A stretch of 64,000 nucleotides of DNA from a virus. The stretch lies in IMG/VR virus record IMGVR_UViG_3300042891_000377, positions 1 to 64,000 of that record. One strand, written 5' to 3'. Made by a program: the position numbers and the translations under genes. Positions 50,118-57,346 of this stretch are shown here, in pieces; the stretch's first letter is position 1, and each line of letters begins with the position of its first letter. The notes below the pieces were generated by a model that was not told the DNA's origin, searched no databases, and saw only the letters and a list, made by a program, of their open reading frames with translations.

Positions 50118-51983
50118 ATGAAGTTAAAATCAATTAAAGTAGCATTAAGTTTAGTTTTAGCATTACCAGCAGTAGCTTTCGCAGCAGCTGACCAAGAAAA
50201 AGCAATGAAAGACGCTAACAACTGGGTTGGCCCACGTGGTCAATACGACAACCAAGGTTACAGTGCATTAGCACAAGTTAACAAAGGTAACGTTAAAGGC
50301 CTTAAAGCTGCTTGGACATTCGCTACCGGTGTAAACCGTGGCCACGAAGGTTCACCAGTAGTTGTTGGTAACATGATGTACGTTCACACAGCGTTCCCAA
50401 ACAACGTTTACGCTCTTGACTTAAACGACAATCAAAAAATCGTTTGGTCTTACTTCCCAAAACAAGATCCATCAGTACAAGCTGTATTGTGCTGCGATAA
50501 CGTTTCACGTGGTCTTGGTTACGGCGACGGTAAAATCTACCTACAACAAAACGATGGTAACTTGGTTGCTTTAGACGCTAAAACTGGTGCTAAAGTATGG
50601 TCAACTTTAATCAACGATCCAAAAGTCGGTGCTACTAACACTAATGCTCCACACGTGATCAAAGATAAAGTACTGACAGGTTGTTCAGGTGCTGAATTTG
50701 GTGTTCGTTGCTTTATCGCAGCTTACAACTTAAAAGACGGTTCATTAGCATGGAAAGCATACTCAACAGGCCCTGATGCTGAAATGTTAATCGGCGAAGG
50801 CTTCAACAAAGATACACCTGAGTACAGCGCACTATCAGTTTACCAAGACGTAAACGGTGGTAACAAATTAGGTGGTTCTTTCAACACTATCCCTAATGAC
50901 AAATTAGTAATTGGTCAAAAAGAGTTAGGCACACGTACATGGTTGAAACCACAAGCAGTTAAAGATGGTTGGCAACATGGTGGTGGCTCTGTATGGGGCT
51001 GGTGGCCGTATGATGCTCGTACAAACTTGGTTTACTACGGAACAGGTAACCCATCAGTTTGGAACCCAGATGTACGTCCAGGCGACAACAAATGGTCTAT
51101 GACTGTTTTCGCTCGTGACTTAGACACTGGCGTTGCAAAATGGGGTATGCAAATGACTCCACACGATGAGTGGGATTACGATGGTATTAACGAAGTAATC
51201 TTGTTCGACAAAGGTGGTAAAACATACGCATGGCACCATGACCGTAACGGTTTTGCTTACACTTGGAATGCTGGTAACGGTAAATTAGTTGCTGCAGAAA
51301 AAGTACACCCATTCGTTAACTGGGCAACTGGTGTTGATTTGAAAACAGGCGTGCCTAACAAATTGGCTACTGCTTCAACTCACCAAGATTACAATGCAAA
51401 AGGCGTTTGTCCAGCTGCTTTGGGTACTAAAGACCAACAACCAGCTGCGTACTCACCAAAAACTGGTTTAATTTACACTCCATTGAACCACGTATGTATG
51501 ACATACGAGCCAGTTGAGTCTAAATACGTTGCAGGTCAACCATGGGTTGGTGCTACATTGACCATGTTCCCAGGTCCAGACGGTGTAATGGGTGGTTTCG
51601 GTGCTTACGATCCAATGACAAACAAAAAAGTTTGGTACAACAAAGAGAAATTCTCTGCTTGGGGTGGTGCTTTAACAACTGCTTCAAACTTAGTATTCTT
51701 CGGTACTTTAGATCGTTGGTTTAAAGCTGTAGATGCATCATCAGGTAAAGAACTATGGAAATTCCAAGTTGGTTCTGGCGTGATTGGTAATGCATTCACA
51801 TACGGTCACAAAGGTAAACAACACGTTGGCGTGCTATCAGGTATCGGTGGCTGGGCTGGTGTGGCGATGAACCTTGGTATGACTAACCCAACAGACGCTT
51901 TAGGTGCTGCTGGTGGTTATGCTGAATTAACAAAATACAACGCGGCTCCTGGCGGCGGTGCATTAACAGTATTCAGTCTTTAA
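50118..51983 (+). CDS. xoxF: Lanthanide-dependent PQQ methanol dehydrogenase XoxF (probably XoxF4-type)
   Basis: Signal peptide; GHEG; vicinal CC disulfide (LCCDNV); GAEFGVR; TGNP; HDEWDYDG with the extra Ln-ligating Asp; W-motif beta-propeller. Confidence 0.96.
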   Translation: MKLKSIKVALSLVLALPAVAFAAADQEKAMKDANNWVGPRGQYDNQGYSALAQVNKGNVKGLKAAWTFATGVNRGHEGSPVVVGNMMYVHTAFPNNVYALDLNDNQKIVWSYFPKQDPSVQAVLCCDNVSRGLGYGDGKIYLQQNDGNLVALDAKTGAKVWSTLINDPKVGATNTNAPHVIKDKVLTGCSGAEFGVRCFIAAYNLKDGSLAWKAYSTGPDAEMLIGEGFNKDTPEYSALSVYQDVNGGNKLGGSFNTIPNDKLVIGQKELGTRTWLKPQAVKDGWQHGGGSVWGWWPYDARTNLVYYGTGNPSVWNPDVRPGDNKWSMTVFARDLDTGVAKWGMQMTPHDEWDYDGINEVILFDKGGKTYAWHHDRNGFAYTWNAGNGKLVAAEKVHPFVNWATGVDLKTGVPNKLATASTHQDYNAKGVCPAALGTKDQQPAAYSPKTGLIYTPLNHVCMTYEPVESKYVAGQPWVGATLTMFPGPDGVMGGFGAYDPMTNKKVWYNKEKFSAWGGALTTASNLVFFGTLDRWFKAVDASSGKELWKFQVGSGVIGNAFTYGHKGKQHVGVLSGIGGWAGVAMNLGMTNPTDALGAAGGYAELTKYNAAPGGGALTVFSL

Positions 51984-51996
51984 TCTGTAGTTAACC

Positions 51997-52026
51997 TAAA
52001 AAGCCCACTTCGGTGGGCTTTTTTAC
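51997..52026 (+). terminator. Terminator, also direct repeat 2 flanking xoxF
   Basis: TAAAAAGCCCAC-TTCG-GTGGGCTTTTTTAC (29/30 identical to 49859-49888). Confidence 0.9.
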
Positions 52027-52045
52027 CTCTGCAATAAATACTTTT

Positions 52046-52144
52046 ATGTATACTTGGCGCGAAACGTTTATCTTTATTGAAATCATTCTATTCTTCACAC
52101 TCGTGTTTTCTATCCCCTACATAGAACAACTAATCCAACCGTAA
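52046..52144 (+). CDS. Putative 32-aa membrane peptide (not in ORF track)
   Basis: TAAATA-N5-ATG; MYTWRETFIFIEIILFFTLVFSIPYIEQLIQP. Confidence 0.4.
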   Translation: MYTWRETFIFIEIILFFTLVFSIPYIEQLIQP

Positions 52145-52180
52145 CAAAAATTTAATCTGTTTGTAACACTACTGTAATCT
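52139..52180 (+). promoter_or_regulatory. Tandem Pho-box-like array
   Basis: GTAACA/TTAATC/GTAACA/GTAATC at 52141, 52152, 52163, 52174 (11-bp period), upstream of the phosphate operon. Confidence 0.65.
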
Positions 52181-52200
52181 TTGTGTGTTTAAATATACAT

Positions 52201-52950
52201 ATGACCACAAGATATAAGACCATTTGTATATCCGACTTTCACCTTGGCACTAAAGATGCTAAGGCTGATCTATTAAACAATTTCCTTAAAAATCACACCT
52301 GCGAAAATTTATTTTTAGTTGGTGATATTATTGACGGTTGGAAGATACAGCAGAACAAGTGGAAGTGGCATCAAAGCCATACTAATGTTATTCGTCGTAT
52401 ATTAGGTTATAGCAAGCGAGGTTGTAATGTAACCTATGTAACTGGCAATCATGACGAGTTTCTTCGCCCGTTGGTAAGTCATGGATTCAATCTCGGCAAT
52501 ATTCGTATGGTAAATCAAGCAGAATATCGCAGTATAGATGGCGAGTTGTTTCTAATTACCCACGGCGACTTATTTGACGGTATTACTAGATTAGCACCGT
52601 GGTTAGGATTTTTAGGTGATAAAGCATATGATGTAGCTTTATGGTTTAATAACTATTTTAACTTTGCTCGTAGAAAATTAGGATTTGGTTATTGGAGTTT
52701 AAGCAAGTTTTTAAAAGCTCGCGTTAAGAAAGCAATGGGTTTTGTATTTAAGTTTGAACTTAACATGTTACAGTATGCTCAAAAACAAGGGTATGATGGT
52801 GTTATCTGCGGACATATACACACACCCGAAATTAAACACATCAACGGCATGATTTATATGAACGACGGTGATTGGGTTGAAAGTTGTAGTGCCCTAGTAG
52901 AAGATTATGAAGGACGCTGGGATATTATATATTGGAATGAAATTAAATAG
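52201..52950 (+). CDS. Calcineurin-like metallophosphoesterase (LpxH/YbbF-like)
   Basis: SDFHLG, GDIID, GNHD, HGD, GHIH, NDGDW. Confidence 0.9.
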   Translation: MTTRYKTICISDFHLGTKDAKADLLNNFLKNHTCENLFLVGDIIDGWKIQQNKWKWHQSHTNVIRRILGYSKRGCNVTYVTGNHDEFLRPLVSHGFNLGNIRMVNQAEYRSIDGELFLITHGDLFDGITRLAPWLGFLGDKAYDVALWFNNYFNFARRKLGFGYWSLSKFLKARVKKAMGFVFKFELNMLQYAQKQGYDGVICGHIHTPEIKHINGMIYMNDGDWVESCSALVEDYEGRWDIIYWNEIK

Positions 52951-52962
52951 GAGAGAATGTAA

Positions 52963-53964
52963 ATGACGATTCAACAGATTAAAACGATAATGTATTATGT
53001 AGTAATAGCATTTGCTGTATCAATGGCTGGATTAAAACAAGTTCAGGCAGCAGACAAAATGGTCAAAATAGACGGCAGTTCGACAGTCTATCCAATATCA
53101 GAAGCAGTAGCAGAAGAATTTCAAAAGAAAACAGGGGTTAAGGTAACAGTAGGTGAAAGTGGTACAGGTGGCGGCTTTAAAAAGTTCTGTCGCAGTGAAA
53201 CTGACATCAGCGATGCTAGTCGTCCTATTTCACAAAAAGAGATGGATGCTTGTAAAGAAGCAGGTGTACAGTACATCGAATTGCCCGTTGCCTACGATGC
53301 TCTAACTGTAGTAGTAAACAGCAAAAATGGCTGGGTTAAATCATTTACAGTTGAAGAATTGAAAAAAATATGGGCACCGGGTAGTTCAGTTAAAAACTGG
53401 AATCAAGTAAATCCAGCTTATCCAAATCAACCACTACAATTATTTGGCCCAGGTACAGCAAGTGGTACATTTGACTACTTCACCGAAGCTATCAATGGTA
53501 AGGCAAAATCCAGTCGCAGCGACTACACACCAAGTGAAGATGACAATGTTCTAGTAACTGGTGTAGCAGGTAATTCGGGGGCACTAGCTTACTTTGGTTA
53601 TGCTTATTACGAAGAAAACAAAGATAAATTACGTGCCATTCCTATCATTGCTAAGGGCTCAACAACGCCAGTATTACCAAGTCCAGAAGCAGTTATGAAT
53701 GGTACCTATCAACCATTAAGCCGCCCACTGTTTATCTATGTAAATGCAACAGCGGCTGCGTTTAGACCAGAAGTAAAAGCATTTGTAAATTTCTATTTAG
53801 AAAATGCACCTAAGTTAGTAAAAGAAGTAAAGTATGTTCCATTACCAGCAGACGACTATGCGGCAGTAACAGAGCATTTCAAAGCACTAAAACCAGGTAC
53901 AGGGTTTAACGGTACTCCAGAAGTAGGCATTAAAATTAAAGACTTAATTAAACGAATCAAATAA
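52963..53964 (+). CDS. pstS: Phosphate-binding protein PstS
   Basis: [37 protein letters not shown]. Confidence 0.93.
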   Translation: MTIQQIKTIMYYVVIAFAVSMAGLKQVQAADKMVKIDGSSTVYPISEAVAEEFQKKTGVKVTVGESGTGGGFKKFCRSETDISDASRPISQKEMDACKEAGVQYIELPVAYDALTVVVNSKNGWVKSFTVEELKKIWAPGSSVKNWNQVNPAYPNQPLQLFGPGTASGTFDYFTEAINGKAKSSRSDYTPSEDDNVLVTGVAGNSGALAYFGYAYYEENKDKLRAIPIIAKGSTTPVLPSPEAVMNGTYQPLSRPLFIYVNATAAAFRPEVKAFVNFYLENAPKLVKEVKYVPLPADDYAAVTEHFKALKPGTGFNGTPEVGIKIKDLIKRIK

Positions 53965-53973
53965 GGAAACATT

Positions 53974-55383
53974 ATGACATTAAAAAATATTATCACAGGT
54001 TTATTCATAGCATCAGCATTAATTGCTACACCAGTATATGCAGACAGCACTAACGACATCGTGAATGCGTTGGTGATGAAAGGCGTGTTAACCGAAGAAG
54101 AAGGTGCCTTAATTAACAAAGGTCGTACTGGAGAAACAAGCGCAGTTAAAAAAGAAAAAGATACCACTGTACATGCGGCTAGCAAAATGAATATACGTGG
54201 CTACTTACAGATACGAAATACTACTATGCTCAGTGGTGACGAAGGAGTTAACCTTTGGTCAGATCGATCTGTAGGTGACAAAAATTCACTCGCTGACCAA
54301 GACAAAAACTTCCTAATTCGTCGTGCTCGTATTATTATATCAGGTTCGGCAGGTGATCGTTTAGATTACTATATTCAACCCGACTTTGCTAGTACAGCAG
54401 GTACCACAGGTAACGTTGCGCAACTACGTGATGCTTATGGTGACGTGAATCTAACCAAAGATAAAGTGCACCGTGTGCGTGTGGGTCAAAGTAAAGTACC
54501 ATATGGATTTGAAAACTTACAATCTTCACAAAATCGTTTAGCACTTGATCGTGCCGACGCATTTAACAGCGCAGTACGTGATGAGCGTGATTTAGGTGCG
54601 TTCTACTACTACACACCAGATAATGTACAAAAGTTGTTTAAAGAAATACAAGACAGTGGTTTAAAACATTCAGGTAACTACGGTATGTTTGGCGTTGGTA
54701 TATATAACGGCCAGGGTGCTAACCAACAAGATCGTAACGATAATTATCATACAGTAGCACGTTTTACTTACCCTTGGAAAACAGAAAGCGGACAAATATA
54801 CGAAGCTGGTATACAAGGTTATACAGGCAAGTATGTAAGAACAGGCAGTGCGTATAGAAGAAACATGGGCAACAACGTTTACGCAACTAAAACACCGACA
54901 TTAGAACCGGGCAACACAACTGGATTTAAAGACGAACGTATGGGTGTAAGTTTTATGATGTACCCACAACCGTTTGGTATACAAGGTGAGTGGAACTGGG
55001 GTAAAACTCCTGGCTTAGATACTGCTGCTAGTACTGATGGTATTATCAAAGAAACTAACTTGAACGGTGGTTACATTCAAACTATGTATAAAATTGATAA
55101 CTTTAAAGTATTAGATACCAATGGTACACTAATTCCATTTGTTAGATGGCAATACTTTGATGGTGCGTCAAAAGCAGAAACTAACTCACCAATGAACAAG
55201 GTTAACGATTGGGAGATGGGTGCTGAATGGCAAATCGCGCCAGAGGTTGAACTTGTGGCTTACTATCATATGATGAATCGTAGCAACCTAGTAACAGGAG
55301 CATCGGCTACTACACTAGTAAAGCAGGACTATGCTAACTTTAAAGCAGATGCCCTGCGTGTTCAACTACAGTATAACTTTTAG
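53974..55383 (+). CDS. Phosphate-selective porin (OprO/OprP family)
   Basis: F.IRRAR, LRDAY, GQ.KVPYG.E..QSS, RDLG; C-terminal Phe; follows pstS. Confidence 0.85.
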   Translation: MTLKNIITGLFIASALIATPVYADSTNDIVNALVMKGVLTEEEGALINKGRTGETSAVKKEKDTTVHAASKMNIRGYLQIRNTTMLSGDEGVNLWSDRSVGDKNSLADQDKNFLIRRARIIISGSAGDRLDYYIQPDFASTAGTTGNVAQLRDAYGDVNLTKDKVHRVRVGQSKVPYGFENLQSSQNRLALDRADAFNSAVRDERDLGAFYYYTPDNVQKLFKEIQDSGLKHSGNYGMFGVGIYNGQGANQQDRNDNYHTVARFTYPWKTESGQIYEAGIQGYTGKYVRTGSAYRRNMGNNVYATKTPTLEPGNTTGFKDERMGVSFMMYPQPFGIQGEWNWGKTPGLDTAASTDGIIKETNLNGGYIQTMYKIDNFKVLDTNGTLIPFVRWQYFDGASKAETNSPMNKVNDWEMGAEWQIAPEVELVAYYHMMNRSNLVTGASATTLVKQDYANFKADALRVQLQYNF

Positions 55384-55391
55384 GAAACATT

Positions 55392-55481
55392 ATGTTTGAA
55401 CTTTTTATAGATGCTGTAAAAGATATTAGCGGTATATTGGCGATAATGGCGGCTATTGGTATATGGTCATTTTTACTATAG
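55392..55481 (+). CDS. Putative 29-aa membrane peptide (not in ORF track)
   Basis: AGGA SD; MFELFIDAVKDISGILAIMAAIGIWSFLL. Confidence 0.4.
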   Translation: MFELFIDAVKDISGILAIMAAIGIWSFLL

Positions 55482-55614
55482 ATTGCAAGAAAATTACTGG
55501 TCTTTAATGATTTTACGTATGTTATTTAGGTCAAAACGGTGTTACTATATGTATAAGTACTAGTAACAACAAAACATGTTGTGGTACTTTTAATAATTTA
55601 CTAGGAGAAATACT

Positions 55615-55686
55615 ATGTGGACTAAACCAGCAGCCACTGAAATGCGTTTCGGTTTTGAAGTAACTCTTTACGTAATGAACCGTTAA
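55615..55686 (+). CDS. pqqA: PQQ precursor peptide PqqA, 23 aa (not in ORF track)
   Basis: MWTKPAATEMRFGFEVTLYVMNR with ExxxY; AGGAG SD; TATAAGTA at 55552; own terminator. Confidence 0.96.
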   Translation: MWTKPAATEMRFGFEVTLYVMNR

Positions 55687-55707
55687 TTTTAAGGTCCATA
55701 ACGTAAA

Positions 55708-55731
55708 CAAAGCCTCTTAGGAGGCTTTTTT
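55708..55731. terminator. Terminator shared by pqqA and the HNH gene
   Basis: AAAGCCTC-TTAG-GAGGCTTTTT. Confidence 0.85.
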
Positions 55732-56181
55732 ATTGGCCCGTGTTTCTGCCAAGGATGCTCTAATTTTTGCTCGTGTTTCTTCACTAACGACATGCCCTTT
55801 ACGACTTGCGGCCCAATTAGCCATATGTTCTTCAGACTTCTTTTTGCCCTTCATTGCTTCAGAACGTTTTTTATTGGCTTCTTCTAACTTACCACTTGCT
55901 CGTTGTCTTTCTGTTCTAAGTTTACAACTTTCTCTGAGTTTTGCTTTAGATTCCTCAGACATGGGTTTCTTGCTGCCTTTACTCCTTGCCATAAACATTG
56001 CCTCATCTTGTCCCATTTGCCCAGACAATGCTTGCCAAGCACAATAGTCTTGCCAATTGCCGTGTTGTTCGTACAGCAAGCGATGCGCTTCTGCGTGAGC
56101 TTCTACGGTAAGTTCTATTAGGTTACTAGGATCGTCGGTGCCGCCTAGGTATTGAGGTAAGATGTGATGTATATGTTTCAT
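55717..56181 (-). mobile_element. Free-standing HNH homing endonuclease with NUMOD3-like repeats
   Basis: HHILP..GG.D..SNL..L...H...H; SEESKAKL and SEETRAKI repeats. Confidence 0.85.
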
Positions 56182-56335
56182 ACAGTTATTTATTATTGTT
56201 ACTTCATAACCTATAAACAAAACTTATTGCGACCATTTAAAAATACAATTAAAAAAACCTATTAATCAGGCTTTTTTTATTAAAAATTTTAATATATAAT
56301 ATATGTACATTAACAATTTAATCAAGGGGAAGTAA

Positions 56336-56902
56336 ATGAGTTTAATCGGAAAACAAGTAGAAGCATTTAAAGCACAAGCATACCGTCAAGGTCAGTTTGT
56401 AGAAGTATCAGAGCAAGATTTAAAAGGTCGTTGGAGTATAGTATTCTTTTACCCAGCAGACTTTACATTCGTCTGCCCAACAGAATTAGCAGACTTACAA
56501 GACGTATACGCTAGTGACTTTAAAGCAATGGGGGTAGAAGTATACAGCGTAAGCACAGACACACACTTTGTACACAAAGCATGGGCAGATGCTACAGACA
56601 CAATCCGTAACATCACCTACACAATGATTGGCGATGCTAACCATCAGTTAGCTCGACAATTTGGTGTGCTAATTGAAAGCGAAGGACTAGCTGATCGCGG
56701 TACGTTTGTTATTGATCCAGATGGTGTTGTACAGATCATTGAGATCAATCCAGGGGGTGTTGGCCGTGACGCAAAAGAACTATTGCGTAAAGTTAAAGCG
56801 GCAAAATACACTAGAGAGCATCCGGGTGAAGTATGCCCGGCTAAATGGCAAGAAGGAAGTGCTACCTTAGCACCAAGTTTGGATTTAGTAGGTAAACTAT
56901 AA
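56336..56902 (+). CDS. ahpC: Alkyl hydroperoxide reductase C (2-Cys peroxiredoxin)
   Basis: [13 protein letters not shown]; GEVCPAKW; [10 protein letters not shown]. Confidence 0.96.
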   Translation: MSLIGKQVEAFKAQAYRQGQFVEVSEQDLKGRWSIVFFYPADFTFVCPTELADLQDVYASDFKAMGVEVYSVSTDTHFVHKAWADATDTIRNITYTMIGDANHQLARQFGVLIESEGLADRGTFVIDPDGVVQIIEINPGGVGRDAKELLRKVKAAKYTREHPGEVCPAKWQEGSATLAPSLDLVGKL

Positions 56903-56906
56903 AAAC

Positions 56907-56932
56907 AAAAAGCCCCAATTAAGGGGCTTTTT
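56907..56932. terminator. Bidirectional terminator
   Basis: AAAAAGCCCC-AATTAA-GGGGCTTTTT between convergent genes. Confidence 0.9.
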
Positions 56933-56934
56933 TA

Positions 56935-57231
56935 TCACTGAGTTAACACCCATTTAACTAGCGTTTTAATATCCTCGTCTTTGATCTGTGGACTCATTGG
57001 CGGCATTGGGATAGGACCCCATACTCCACTACCACCTGCTTTAACCTTTGCTACTAGTTTAGCCTCTACATCTTGACCTTTGTATTTCTTAGCAACGTCT
57101 TTATACGCTGGACCTAAGATCTTATGATCAACTGCGTGACAAGCTAAACACCCACTTTTCTGTGCCAATGCTTGGTTAGCATTTGCTGTGATGCAACTAC
57201 CTAATAATAATACTGCTAAAATAGTTTTCAT
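56935..57231 (-). CDS. Periplasmic class I cytochrome c (c551/c552, c8 family)
   Basis: Signal peptide; CLACH; GPAYKDVA; GSGVWGPIPMPP (Met ligand). Confidence 0.93.
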   Translation of the reverse strand: MKTILAVLLLGSCITANANQALAQKSGCLACHAVDHKILGPAYKDVAKKYKGQDVEAKLVAKVKAGGSGVWGPIPMPPMSPQIKDEDIKTLVKWVLTQ

Positions 57232-57346
57232 TTTAGACCTTTCATAAAAGTTAACTTACAATGTATTTAACGCCGATAAACTATATCTATTTATTTTTGG
57301 TAGAATTTTGATTGACGAAAATTCCAAAAGAGTAAATAATAGTACT

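Noticed and set aside
50118-51983. Ca-dependent MxaF
   Set aside because: The active-site motif is DYD, not D(Y/F)A, and no mxaI or mxa accessory genes are present
56935-57231. XoxG/MxaG cytochrome cL
   Set aside because: Too small, and has c551/c552 (c8) signatures
48500-57300. Host chromosomal DNA or a prophage boundary
   Set aside because: Genes from unrelated host loci are packed together with phage late promoters and an HNH gene, lack their operon partners (pstCAB, pqqB-E, xoxGJ, ahpF), and phage genes lie on both sides; read support is still advisable
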